A stretch of 33,882 bases of DNA, from the NCBI RefSeq assembly GCF_001194135.2, contig NC_068989.1, positions 82,346,556 to 82,380,437 of the forward strand, given 5' to 3'. The DNA comes from Octopus bimaculoides. Lineage: Eukaryota. Made by a program: the position numbers and the translations under genes. Under the pieces are notes generated by a model. The model was not told the DNA's origin. It saw only the letters and a list, made by a program, of their open reading frames with translations, and made no database searches. Every line of letters starts with the position of its first letter. Position 1 is the first letter of the stretch. Shown here in pieces: positions 11,247-24,080 of the stretch.

Positions 11247-11901
11247 AAGCACTTACCTATTGACACCCACACAAATACAAATACATTCATACACACATAC
11301 ATATATATACCCACTTATATATATATCTCAGAAACTCATTAGATAATACACACACACATACACCCACACATACGAACACACACATACGCACACTCACACC
11401 ATATATATATATATATCTAAAATGAGATCCTCGTTGGTACATATATCCACGTATATGTTTTCACACTTCCGTGTATTTTCTTTTTCTTTTTGGTGTTAAT
11501 ATCCCGTATGCTTCGCTCAAACGGGTGAAATCCCAATATCTAGTTATGTATGTTGCGGTAATTGAAGTGTTGATATAGTATAAGCTATTGTTTCGTAGAT
11601 ATTTCCGCTGAGTTAATTGGCTTTTGACTGTTCATTTATCTGAAGTTATTACGATAAAACGCTAACATTTGAGACATTTATGTTTACAATAAATCACGGA
11701 TTCGTGTCTACGATTAAGTAATTTTTGTTATCTACAAAAAGTATTTTATGTTCTCCTGCTGTTCGAAGTTTACTATCTTTTTTTATTTCCTGTGTATGCG
11801 GGATCTAGTGTAATGATACTCCATTGCATTCTAATACCAATACCTTTTGATTTTATATCTCAGATATGATCTGTTAGTGAAATTCCCTTATTTGTTTTAT
11901 A

Positions 11902-13400
11902 TCATTTTCCATTCAGAGCAGGTTTGAACTTCCCTATAAAATTCCTTTCTTTTACTCTTCCTCTAACTTCATTTGAGTTGTAAATTTTGTTAATTGGAAA
12001 TATATATATATATATATATAAAATAAAAGAAAAACTCATTTTATTACCGCATGTTTCTAATGGGCTCCGACGGACGCTGGGGCTTCTAATTTGTTGCTGG
12101 TGGCGGGCCTTGAAGTTTCTTATTTGTTGCTTATGTACTTCTGTACGTTCCGATAATGGGTTTTCTATCTGGCTAATACATATAGTTCTTCACAATTTGG
12201 GAATTTGATGTAGTAGTTCAAAATTTTGCTTTCACAGTTCAAATTGGATATTGAGATATTGTTCATCCGGTTTTCCCATTGATATACTGATCGGTACGGG
12301 ATACTGCGAACGTTTTATCAGAGTTGTTGAGATCAAATTTTTCCTTTGTAAACAATTATTTCAAGTTTTTAGCTTGCTTTTTACTGTCGAACCAGTTTTC
12401 GATCAGCAGTTAAATGTTTTAATTCACTACTTAGTTTGCTTTGGCGATGACAAAAATATTCTATGGCATATATCATTGTATCTCAATGTGAGGTTTAATA
12501 CTTTGGTCTCGAGCACCTCTTTCTTGGGTTGCTTTAAGTTGTTCTTTAGGTATTTCTTTTTGAACATTGTAAGTAGAAATGCTTTGAATGCTGTATGTCG
12601 TTTTTATCTGGTTACTTTATCACCAAGAGCAGTACACACTTTCCTGGTTACGCAATATGGGCTGTAATGTTTTGTATGTGCTGGATTGAAGTTAAGATAC
12701 TGATTTGTAACCGTGTCTTTATCATATATATCGGCTGTGACGTTGATTTTGATTTAAATTACCATTATATCTAGAAATGGAAAATCTGTATTGCTCATCT
12801 CCTTTGTCAATTTCAGAGTTGAACGTAGATTGTTCAGAAGTTACAATAAATTCTTCTAAAGTATCTACAGATTTTCTTCAGATTAGAAAACAATAACGAT
12901 ATCTTTTCCATGCACCTTTATATATATCCTAAAATCAGTGCCATGGTTTTGCGCTATACTTTAGTTTTTGTCCTACGTTTTCTGTCACTGAGCTTGCATA
13001 AACTAGACAAAACTTGGCTCCCATCGCCATGCTTCTAATTTGAAAATAAATTTTCTCAACGAAAGAGAATGTGTTATTCTCAAGGATAAGGCTGACAGCA
13101 TCTTATGTAAAGTCTATGGTAAATCTACTGGGAATTACTTCTCTAAGTTTTCCAACCAACTATTGAATTGCAGGATATCTGTGGGATATCTGTGTAGAGG
13201 TTTACTTGATCAAAGCTAGCCAACAACAAGTTCAATTTTGTTATTTTGGGCAGATGAAACAGGGAATCAGTTTCATCCCTGATAAACATCTGTATGTGGA
13301 TACACAGTGGTTTCAAAAAGATGTCAACAAAATTGCTTAAGCGATGACTAGAATATGCTATGACAGGTCTAACATTCACATCCTTTGGTTGTAGTAATTT
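11902..13400 (-). pseudogene. Penelope-like retroelement ORF remnant: reverse transcriptase + GIY-YIG endonuclease
   Basis: RPVIA..HRLSNFVDIFLKPLC..FIRD...LLASFDQVNLYTDIP; QIRSMAMGAKF (GTAMG); WKRYR-YCFLIW (RYLDD); FPFLDI; ADIYDKDTVTNQYLNF; NCESKILNYYIKFPNCEELY/ISQIENPLSERTEVHKQQIR; FPINK...ERNFIGKFKPALN. Multiple stops and frameshifts. Confidence 0.92.
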
Positions 13401-13449
13401 TATGCGTGTATGTATGTATGTATGTATGTATGTATGTATGTATGTATGC

Positions 13450-13513
<64 letters not shown>

Positions 13514-13551
13514 GTCTATCTATCTCTTTCTTTCTCTCTCTCTCTATATAT

Positions 13552-13596
<45 letters not shown>

Positions 13597-13624
13597 AATG
13601 TATGTATATATGTGTGTGTGTGAA

Positions 13625-13658
<34 letters not shown>

Positions 13659-14301
13659 CATAGTGTAGCGAAGCATTAAAAAAAACAGAAACATTAAAAA
13701 ATACTTATTCTATTTACGTGCACGCGTGTGCACACGCACTCACGCACGTACACACACACTTACACATGCGCACAGATGCGTGTGCATGCAGTCATTCAAC
13801 AGATTCTAAGTAGGAATGGCCGGCCTTTATGTCTATTTTAGGTTTTTGTCAGATGAGTCGTTAGGGTAAGCTACAGTAAGTATGGCCACATTTACTCGTT
13901 AAATAATTACAGAGCTTTGTCGTATCGGACAGTCCCACAAGACATCATTGCTCTGTCTACAGACAGAGAACAAACGTGTTGATAAAGGTTTTTAAGAGCG
14001 ATCCAGTCGTTAATCTGAAAATGCCGATGGGAATAAAGCATAATTCACATAAAACTTCGATATCGATAATATCGCAATGGCGAGCAGTTGTGATTACTGA
14101 GACTTTGAAATCCCATGATGGCGTCCGAAACTCATCAAATATGGCGAGAGTTTTAATTTAGCTCCAGTTGGATTAAAAACTAAAGTAACTTTGACTACAG
14201 AGAATCCATCGTTCTTTCTTTCTTTCTTTCTTTCTCCCTTCCTCCCTCCCTTCCCCACCGTCTCTCATAGAATCAAAAGAAAAGAAACAGACGAATAGGA
14301 T

Positions 14302-14345
<44 letters not shown>

Positions 14346-14510
14346 CATATATATATGTGCTTGCGCGCGCATTTTGTGTGCGTGTGTTTGTATGTATATT
14401 TACAGATGTATATCTATCTGTCTATCTATTTATCTATCTATGTGCAGGTGTGTGTGTTTGTGTGTGTCTATGTATGTATGTATGTATGTATGTATGTATG
14501 TATATATGTA

Positions 14511-14555
<45 letters not shown>

Positions 14556-15055
14556 ATGTATATAAAACAAATAAGTGTGCACGGGAAAATACATAGCTGT
14601 ATATGAATAACTACAAATATATATTCATAAGCACCAGTCTTATGTATACACTCCTATTATTTTCCATTTATTTATAGAAACCCTTACACACTCACACAAG
14701 CACCCCACCATACGCACACAGACACACGCACACACACACATACACACACACACACACGAATACACTCACACGTCGTACAAGCAAAGAGATTACCATTCTC
14801 TCTTTGTTGGAACGATCCAATATCTGTGGTACATTCGCATTTCGAATGGTGAACTATTTGATTAGCTAAGTTATAAATTACAGAGAATCTATCACTCAGA
14901 GACGCTATCTGCATTATAACAATAGTTAAGTTAATGTTAACTTATTTAATGTAATGAGCAATAGAAGACTAATTAGAAGCGTTTATGTGGCGAGGAACAA
15001 CTAATCTCAGGCAATGACTTATAGTATTTCAGTTGTTCTACCAAGTACAAAAGAC

Positions 15056-15095
15056 GATTCAGACAGGTTTCGGTCTTATAGACCTTTTCAGCGGG
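15056..15095 (-). ncRNA. Decayed minimal hammerhead-like motif
   Basis: CTGAAAA(15091-15085)-GGTC-TATAA-GACC-GAAA-CCTG-TC. Perfect 4-bp stem II; G8 replaced by A; weak stem I. Confidence 0.45.
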
Positions 15096-15439
15096 AAAAA
15101 CTTTTCTCGCAATTGCTCAAGTATATGACGAGTCACTACATCACTGTAAAATATGGAGCACCAATCAGGTGTGAGCCGAAAGTTTGAAAATTCCGTGCTC
15201 ATTTAATGGATTTTTACAAAATTTGAGCGTATTAAAGTATACGCGGGAATTTTTATAGCTGAAGCTATCAAATAGCTCAGTTCTGATTGTTTTGCTTAAG
15301 GGAGACTTCAGGTTTATGAAGATTATTTCAATAGTCTTTCCTTTGTTTATTATCTTCATATTCTGTACTATATTGCCTTAGAGAAAGATTACCTATTCAG
15401 TTGGTGTTAGAGCTTATTTAGTATCTATAAACTAATGAG

Positions 15440-15840
15440 AGTGGAACTAGCTCTTAGCCACTATTGTTTTCAGGACTACTTTGACTTGGAGTAGTAACAC
15501 CTGATAGGGTCCCAGTTGTGGGTTAATTGGCATATTGGTTACCCATGCATGTGAAGACTGGATCCGGCGGACTCCGAGGAAAAAAAAAAAAACTTCTATG
15601 GTTCAACGGAGAGGTTGGCGGCTGCAGCAACGCGTTACGGATTGAAGAGAACAAGATGAGGCTAAAGTAAGACATCTTGGTCATTCAGGGCTTTCGTCTC
15701 CGTCTCCAGCCGTCTTGACATGGTCTTGCCTCTGGATTGAAAATGGTCGCGGACGAGGGAGTGAGCTTAACCGTGCGCAGCTTTTGTTCTCTATAAAAAA
15801 AAGTCACCGCGCACGTCATTAGCCATTCTTAAGGATGACA
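15440..15840. mobile_element. Degenerate LINE-associated (RTE-like) repeat fragments
   Basis: GC-richer segments (gggaccctatcaggtgttactactccaagtcaaagt on minus; cagggctttcgtctccgtctccagccgtcttgaca on plus) resemble RTE-associated repeats by recall only. Confidence 0.3.
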
Positions 15841-15967
15841 AGATGGTCATAGTCGCTCCGATGTATGAACATCATATAGTGTGTATAAAATATATCCTCT
15901 TTGTTCAAGGTTTCAGAAAGGATATATTTAGATTCTGGTTAGTTTCGCTCGGACAGGCCGTGCTTAG

Positions 15968-16015
15968 ACCTTAGAATCTTGGGGTTAGTAGCCCGCGCTC
16001 TCAATTCTGCATCAT
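15968..16015 (-). mobile_element. tRNA-derived SINE head remnant (third family)
   Basis: Minus strand GAGAGCGCGGGCTACTAACCCCAAGATTC is tRNA-like; B-box decayed. Confidence 0.45.
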
Positions 16016-16234
16016 TGCTAAATTTGATATAATGTTCACATTGCTTATTTAAATGGAGTCGCATGAAACGATCGTACTGCATTAACTTTGGATATCCTTG
16101 TTGCTTATTTTGACTTTAATCACCTTATTTTGAAACTGTATGGATAATACCATACTTAATTCTGCTGCCTAAACTTAAGTACCGTATTCACCTGAATATA
16201 TATGTATATATATATGTATATATATATATGTATA

Positions 16235-16273
<39 letters not shown>

Positions 16274-17169
16274 ATTCATACAACGCACATACATACTAAC
16301 ACAAGCATTCACACACATTCACACGCGCACACATTAACATATTATAGATATGCGTAGATTCACATCCCAAAGTACATATACGCCTGGACACACATTCTTA
16401 CACATTTTCATACATCGACATACATATATATGTATACATACATACATACATACATACATACATACATACATGCATACACATGAGTCCAACTAATGAAGCA
16501 GAGAGGGAGGTCTTTTGCTATGTTGTAATCAATATGTCCTGTACTTCATCCGATAGCTTTAAAGTCCCCACTTTCCCCAACCACCGCCACCATCGGCATC
16601 ATATTCTAAGAATGGTTCCAGTTGACTGCAAAGATTCGTCAGATTTTGAGATGAAGCATCAGACAGCAATCTCTTCAACCATGGTGGCCACAGCTTCCTC
16701 AAGAAATGTCACTGTAATTCGAACTCTCTAACCTTTAAGATAGAAAGCTTACATGTCAACAATGGCGACTACCACACACCACTTAATCTCCAATTTGTCA
16801 TTCATTTTTTTTCTATTTTAACGATTTTGTTGTTGTTGTTGCTGGATTTCTACGTTAGCTATTGTTGTTATAGTCGTTGTGGTTCTTATTGTTGTTTTTC
16901 TGATTGTTATTGTTGTTGATAGTGTTATGGTTGTCTTTATTGTAACAGTGGTTGATGTAACTTGATGTTACAGTTGTTGTTGTTGTAGTGTTTGTTGCCA
17001 TTTTTGTTGATACTTTTATTTTGTCTTGTGAATGGATTTGATAGACAGAAACTGTCGTATATATATGCTATTACTAAGACCTTTTATCTTTTATTTTCTA
17101 AAATCTTATAAACCATCAACAACTATTGAAACTTTTAATCTATCTACATATGCACCTAAAAAACTCCAC

Positions 17170-17248
<79 letters not shown>

Positions 17249-17389
17249 TATTATCCACAAATCTTATATAATTCCCTAGTAAAACAAATGATAATTTTTT
17301 CATCATAATAAAACCCCAGGGGAAAAATTACAATGGCACTTTAGGAAAATCCTACGGATTATAAAAACTACCTCACATTAAAAAAAAAA

Positions 17390-17910
17390 ATTCGCATAAA
17401 ACTGTTAACTCCTGCACAATAACTTTTTATATACCTAATACTTTTTCTTTAAACAATGGAAAGTATATATACTTTCCATTCTTTGAACAATGCAAAGTAT
17501 AACATTTCTCCGAAATACATTCTAAAATAATATCGCAGTATACAGTATAAAATAATGTTTCTCCTTTTTTCTCTTTTATTTCTTAATCATTTTTGTATCT
17601 TATTCCCCACATAAAAGACTATGCGTGTTTTTCATCTCCCACTCTCACATTTTGTCACATTTCGTAATCCCCACCCCTCATAAAATCTATTTTTCTCCTT
17701 ATACCCTTACTTAATTTTTTTCGCATAAATATTTAAATTCCTCTCTGAAGCATGTAAATAATAACTTTTCTCTGAATAATGGAATGTATACGTGAGTACA
17801 TTGAAATGTTAAATAATTAATAGTTATTTTACAATATAATATAGAATTGTTTTTCTCTTTTATTTTCCAAATCATTTACCTCTATTTTCCCCCTCAAAAA
17901 TCTATTTCAT
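17390..17910. repeat. Degenerate ~330-bp-period tandem duplication in an AT-rich stretch
   Basis: ttcgcataaa (17390/17719), aataacttt, aa.aatggaa.gtata and tttctcttttattt..aatcattt recur in the same order. Confidence 0.55.
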
Positions 17911-19063
17911 TCCTCAATTTGTCTTCAATACTCTTAACAGTTCATAACAGCCCATATTCTAATTAAACGACTACTTTATACCCCGATGTGAGTTCGATCC
18001 TCATGGCTGGCTGACGACAAATTTTTCTGCTTTTAAAAAGAAAAAAGGATTTTATCCTTTATATCTATACTGTTCAGTATGTATGCGTTGAATAAAATTT
18101 ATCTTTCTACTTGTTCTACCATACATTTCAGCGCTTCGAAAAACAAACTTGTTTGTTTACATACGGCGTAACTTATAAGTCTATTTTTCAAATATATTAT
18201 AGTATTTTAGCAAGATTTCATTAGATAATATCTCCCCACTCGACCTCGGCGTCCTAATAAATTATTGTTTACGTTATTTGAATATTTGAAAATACGGTCC
18301 TCACTTTAGTTATTTCGTTGATCACCACTAGAAAGTAATCATCGTCCCTAGTGATATCCGGACATAATGTGGAGTTATTTTACATCTAACATCGCTTGAA
18401 TGGTGATGATCGGAATCTAATGGCCGGATTGAAACATATGTAGAATTCTTTTATGGTTATTTCTTTTGTTGATTTTGTTCCTTTAAATCTCAAATCTTAT
18501 ATGTATTAATCTTTTTCATCGTGATACAAATAAAATTAACTAAGTTATCTACAATATCTCTCCTCCCTTTTCTTTTATTAACTTATTGGACATCATTGGA
18601 CAGTTTATCAATATATTCTGTGGTACATTCTTTCGATATATTTGATAACACCAGCTGGTATCCGGATTTTTTAAAAAACAAATCCCGAGAGAGGAAATAC
18701 ACATATATATATATATTTGTGTATATATATATTTGTGTGTATATATATATATATATATATATNNNNNNNNNNNNNNNNNNNNNNNNNNNNNNNNNNNNNN
18801 NNNNNNNNNNNNNNNNNNNNNNNNNNNNNNNNNNNNNNNNNNNNNNNNNNNNNNNNNNNNNNNNNNNNNNNNNNNNNNNNNNNNNNNNNNNNNNNNNNNN
18901 NNNNNNNNNNNNNNNNNNNNNNNNNNNNNNNNNNNNNNNNNNNNNNNNNNNNNNNNNNNNNNNNNNNNNNNNNNNNNNNNNNNNNNNNNNNNNNNNNNNN
19001 NNNNNNNNNNNNNNNNNNNNNNNNNNNNNNNNNNNNNNNNNNNNNNNNNNNNNNNNNNNNNNN

Positions 19064-19143
<80 letters not shown>

Positions 19144-19289
19144 GTATATATATGTATATATACACACACGCACGTACAAACACACACAGACAAATATATA
19201 CATATTTACGTAAACTTATGCCACATGGATATAGCATATACTAAAGTTAAATAGGTCCTAGGATACATATGATTGATTAAATCCCTATG

Positions 19290-19340
19290 GAGACATGCCC
19301 CAGTATGGCCACAACGCACACACTGAAATGAGTATAAGTA
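19290..19340 (+). mobile_element. SINE family 1-related 3' tail fragment
   Basis: tgccccagtatggccacaac...ctgaaatgagta resembles gtgctccagcatggccgcagtcaaatgactgaaa. Confidence 0.55.
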
Positions 19341-19402
19341 TGTATGTGTCTGCGTACTCATACCCATATATGTGTATACGTGTATACGCGCACACACACA
19401 CA

Positions 19403-19434
<32 letters not shown>

Positions 19435-19614
19435 TACACACACATAACCCACTCAGACACGCACAGAGAAACACACACATACCCCAACTCAGACACGCAC
19501 ACACACATACACACACACATACACACGTACGCACAAATATAGACACACATAATTACATGCGCATACACATGCATACAGAAACCTGTGGAGGCACATGCGC
19601 GATCACGTCGACAC

Positions 19615-20603
19615 NNNNNNNNNNNNNNNNNNNNNNNNNNNNNNNNNNNNNNNNNNNNNNNNNNNNNNNNNNNNNNNNNNNNNNNNNNNNNNNNNNNNNN
19701 NNNNNNNNNNNNNNNNNNNNNNNNNNNNNNNNNNNNNNNNNNNNNNNNNNNNNNNNNNNNNNNNNNNNNNNNNNNNNNNNNNNNNNNNNNNNNNNNNNNN
19801 NNNNNNNNNNNNNNNNNNNNNNNNNNNNNNNNNNNNNNNNNNNNNNNNNNNNNNNNNNNNNNNNNNNNNNNNNNNNNNNNNNNNNNNNNNNNNNNNNNNN
19901 NNNNNNNNNNNNNNNNNNNNNNNNNNNNNNNNNNNNNNNNNNNNNNNNNNNNNNNNNNNNNNNNNNNNNNNNNNNNNNNNNNNNNNNNNNNNNNNNNNNN
20001 NNNNNNNNNNNNNNNNNNNNNNNNNNNNNNNNNNNNNNNNNNNNNNNNNNNNNNNNNNNNNNNNNNNNNNNNNNNNNNNNNNNNNNNNNNNNNNNNNNNN
20101 NNNNNNNNNNNNNNNNNNNNNNNNNNNNNNNNNNNNNNNNNNNNNNNNNNNNNNNNNNNNNNNNNNNNNNNNNNNNNNNNNNNNNNNNNNNNNNNNNNNN
20201 NNNNNNNNNNNNNNNNNNNNNNNNNNNNNNNNNNNNNNNNNNNNNNNNNNNNNNNNNNNNNNNNNNNNNNNNNNNNNNNNNNNNNNNNNNNNNNNNNNNN
20301 NNNNNNNNNNNNNNNNNNNNNNNNNNNNNNNNNNNNNNNNNNNNNNNNNNNNNNNNNNNNNNNNNNNNNNNNNNNNNNNNNNNNNNNNNNNNNNNNNNNN
20401 NNNNNNNNNNNNNNNNNNNNNNNNNNNNNNNNNNNNNNNNNNNNNNNNNNNNNNNNNNNNNNNNNNNNNNNNNNNNNNNNNNNNNNNNNNNNNNNNNNNN
20501 NNNNNNNNNNNNNNNNNNNNNNNNNNNNNNNNNNNNNNNNNNNNNNNNNNNNNNNNNNNNNNNNNNNNNNNNNNNNNNNNNNNNNNNNNNNNNNNNNNNN
20601 NNN
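19615..20603. other. Largest assembly gap; others at 4331-4420, 6569-6912, 8500-8676, 18763-19063, 21080-21408, 22040-22640, 28333-28342 and 29072-29583
   Basis: Runs of N. Confidence 1.
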
Positions 20604-20659
<56 letters not shown>

Positions 20660-20661
<2 letters not shown>

Positions 20662-20960
20662 GGAGAAGAACATGCACTGAATGTGGCGTCAAATGGCTGC
20701 CAGAATTTGTTCCTGGGTTATTTCAGAACTCCTCGCCATTATCACCCAGTTGGACTATTTCCTACTTCCGTCTATCGATTGTTGCTCGATGTTCGTATCA
20801 AGGGAGACCTTCTCGGAAGAGACTACTTGTCTGACTCTCTTTTCTATGATGGTCAACACTGCGAAGATGGATGGTATTTTCGCTTTGGATGCCGTCTCTC
20901 TTTCCCTCACAGCCTCTTTAGATATTTCTTACTGTTAGAAGTGGAGGGAAGCATCTTTTA
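20660..20960 (-). pseudogene. Possible decayed LINE ORF2 linker (between endonuclease and RT)
   Basis: Minus frame EISKEAVRERETASKAK..EKRVRQVVSSEKVSLDTNIEQQS.. with stops loosely resembles the CR1/L2 linker. No catalytic motif. Confidence 0.25.
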
Positions 20961-21012
20961 CGATATCATTACTCAATGTATGCATGTGTGTATGTATGCA
21001 TGTATGTATGTA

Positions 21013-21079
<67 letters not shown>

Positions 21080-21408
21080 NNNNNNNNNNNNNNNNNNNNN
21101 NNNNNNNNNNNNNNNNNNNNNNNNNNNNNNNNNNNNNNNNNNNNNNNNNNNNNNNNNNNNNNNNNNNNNNNNNNNNNNNNNNNNNNNNNNNNNNNNNNNN
21201 NNNNNNNNNNNNNNNNNNNNNNNNNNNNNNNNNNNNNNNNNNNNNNNNNNNNNNNNNNNNNNNNNNNNNNNNNNNNNNNNNNNNNNNNNNNNNNNNNNNN
21301 NNNNNNNNNNNNNNNNNNNNNNNNNNNNNNNNNNNNNNNNNNNNNNNNNNNNNNNNNNNNNNNNNNNNNNNNNNNNNNNNNNNNNNNNNNNNNNNNNNNN
21401 NNNNNNNN

Positions 21409-21440
<32 letters not shown>

Positions 21441-21469
21441 GTATATGTATATTTATAAATATACATATA

Positions 21470-21853
21470 GGTGCAGGCATAGCTGTGTGGTAAGAAGTTT
21501 GCTTCCCAACCACATGGTTCCGTTTTCAGTCCCACTGCATGGCACCTTGGGTAAGTGTCTTCTATAGCCGCGGGCCGACCAAACCCTTGTGAGTCTCTTT
21601 GGTAGACGGAAACTGAAATGAAGCCTGTTGTGTATATATATATGTATGTATTTATGTGTCTGTGTTTGTTCCCCGCTTACAACGCTTGGTAACCAATCTT
21701 GATGTGTTTACGTCCCCGTAACTTAGCTGTTCAGCAAAAGAAAGTGATAGAATAAGTACTAAGCTTATAAAGAATAAGTCCTGGGGTCGATTTCTTCGAT
21801 TAAAAGGCGGTGCCTCAGCATGGCCACAGTCAAATGACTGAAACAAGTAAAGA
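21470..21853 (+). mobile_element. SINE family 1, full length
   Basis: Collinear with 8680-9144; B-box mutated (TTTTCAGTCCC). Confidence 0.9.
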
Positions 21854-22736
21854 ACATATATATATATATATATATATAATTCAATAGGATAGTGTCATGT
21901 AGGAGTACGGTTAGACTGTTATTTAATAATCACTACACGTGTTTCCATACAACAAAAAATTACAGATATTAAGGATTCAAATTATGGAACGGTTTACCTG
22001 TATAATGGAATCCAGTTGTATTTCTTAAATATATATATANNNNNNNNNNNNNNNNNNNNNNNNNNNNNNNNNNNNNNNNNNNNNNNNNNNNNNNNNNNNN
22101 NNNNNNNNNNNNNNNNNNNNNNNNNNNNNNNNNNNNNNNNNNNNNNNNNNNNNNNNNNNNNNNNNNNNNNNNNNNNNNNNNNNNNNNNNNNNNNNNNNNN
22201 NNNNNNNNNNNNNNNNNNNNNNNNNNNNNNNNNNNNNNNNNNNNNNNNNNNNNNNNNNNNNNNNNNNNNNNNNNNNNNNNNNNNNNNNNNNNNNNNNNNN
22301 NNNNNNNNNNNNNNNNNNNNNNNNNNNNNNNNNNNNNNNNNNNNNNNNNNNNNNNNNNNNNNNNNNNNNNNNNNNNNNNNNNNNNNNNNNNNNNNNNNNN
22401 NNNNNNNNNNNNNNNNNNNNNNNNNNNNNNNNNNNNNNNNNNNNNNNNNNNNNNNNNNNNNNNNNNNNNNNNNNNNNNNNNNNNNNNNNNNNNNNNNNNN
22501 NNNNNNNNNNNNNNNNNNNNNNNNNNNNNNNNNNNNNNNNNNNNNNNNNNNNNNNNNNNNNNNNNNNNNNNNNNNNNNNNNNNNNNNNNNNNNNNNNNNN
22601 NNNNNNNNNNNNNNNNNNNNNNNNNNNNNNNNNNNNNNNATAATAAGATGATTTAAATCCGATAAAAATTGGAGAGGAATGTTATTAACCAATTTATTTT
22701 CTCCGAGTTATTTATTAATTAGGAGAAAATAAATAC

Positions 22737-22780
<44 letters not shown>

Positions 22781-23439
22781 TATATATATATATATATATA
22801 TAAGGGATTGAGTAGAATATATAGCATGAAAATACTCAATACGCTATAGATGCAGCCTCAGTGTTTTTTTGATCAACCAGATGTTTTACAATATTATAAG
22901 TGTTTCAGTTTCAATAAATTGCTTTGTTTCTTTAAAAACCAACCGGTATATAACCCCACCAGATGTGGTATCTCTATTACTATCATAAATAATATAATCT
23001 TGTAAGTAATTGACTTACCACTCTCCGCCACATCTCCTCTCAACCTTTTATACATACATAGCATCTGCCTGGCTCAAATTCACAAAAAAAACACTTCAAT
23101 CAGTGCTAAACTCACGTGATAACCTTCAATCTACCAACCACAATTAGATATCTATGGCAATCCGCTGTCTTCTCTTCTTTGTACATAGGCTCTTTAGTTC
23201 ACACATATTAAAATTCAGAAGCTGGCCCTTAACGTAGGGCTATCATGCATCGTTATTCTTTTTGAAAGTGAATTAGTAAACTTTTGTTCATTCACCAGTA
23301 TTGCATGAATTTCTGATACATTACATTTTGAGGTTACAGAGATCCATTATGGCTAAAGTGCAGCAGGTAAAAGGATTCCGTGAAGTTGAAAAACGTATTT
23401 GGTTGAGAATCCAAAGAAATTGCTGTTTTTGGGAGGCAG

Positions 23440-23600
23440 ATTGCATGAAGAATATTTAGCATCTATTTCTAGCATGCAGAATAACTTCATAGAGCCACAA
23501 TTTTCGACCAAAGGTGATTGTTGTTGCTATTAATTGGCCCCAGGCTAGCCCTGAAGAAGCAGACCTGTGATGATAGTCGTTCCAGTTGTGACCATTCAAT
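23440..23600 (-). mobile_element. Degenerate interspersed repeat (fourth family), related to 32845-33005
   Basis: gcagacctgtgat...ttccagttgtgacca is approximately the reverse complement of tggtcgtgaatgg...tgatgggtctgtt; ctagaaatag on minus resembles ctcgaaatagcagcc. Confidence 0.45.
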
Positions 23601-23984
23601 TTTTAAACAGACATAGTGCACTTCGGAGTACATCAAGTTTTCTTTCCTTCTTTCTTGCCCGAGTCCTCAATTCCGAGTGAGGCTGTAGGGGCACCACCAT
23701 GACATGACGTCTTATGGACATTTTAGACATAGTGGAATTCATCTCTCTTCCGGTCTGAACAAAAGAAAAGAGTGAATGGGAGAGAAGGAATTGTAGAGGG
23801 CACTTGCTCCTGGGGTTTCAGGGAAATCTCGGACAGTGGGGTTCCTCGATTATCCCTAGAGGCCTTCCTGTATCAGGAGGGCCACATATCTATCATCCTC
23901 CTTACCACTTTTTTAAAAACCTTTGTATGCTATGCACATGTCCCTTATTTTTCAGTGTATACCGTGTTAGAGTGGTGCATTATT

Positions 23985-24080
23985 TATCGCCGGACCCCAA
24001 AAGGTGGGATTTGAACTTAAACCGCAGAGAGGTAAAACGAATACCGCAGACAACCGCTCTGTGACTGCTAAATCGCCATC
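23985..24080 (-). mobile_element. Highly degenerate SINE family 2 copy
   Basis: atttatcg..gacccc.aaagg..ggatttgaact.a.aac..cgaataccgca retains the family-2 order with internal deletions. Confidence 0.5.

Noticed and set aside
14794-14908. Minus-strand exon candidate (IASLSDRF...ECTTDIGSFQQREN) and its 14-bp match to 18617-18630
   Set aside because: Weak acceptor and unrecognised peptide; one 14-mer match is about what chance gives in 30 kb.
15165-15359. ORF KGKTIEIIFINLKSPLSK resembling the RT motif IFLDFKKAFD
   Set aside because: The catalytic Asp and downstream motifs are absent; similarity is too weak.
16480-16731. 83-aa plus ORF and antisense frames (e.g. TFLEEAVATMVEEIAV*)
   Set aside because: No recognisable domain and no convincing splice signals.
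18360-18450. SNGRIE resembling the integrase motif HPQSNG
   Set aside because: Stops are adjacent and no other DDE motif is present.
21905-21975. Minus-strand GAAA-CACGTG-TA hammerhead-like half motif
   Set aside because: No recognisable CTGANGA core or stem II; at most a very decayed relic.
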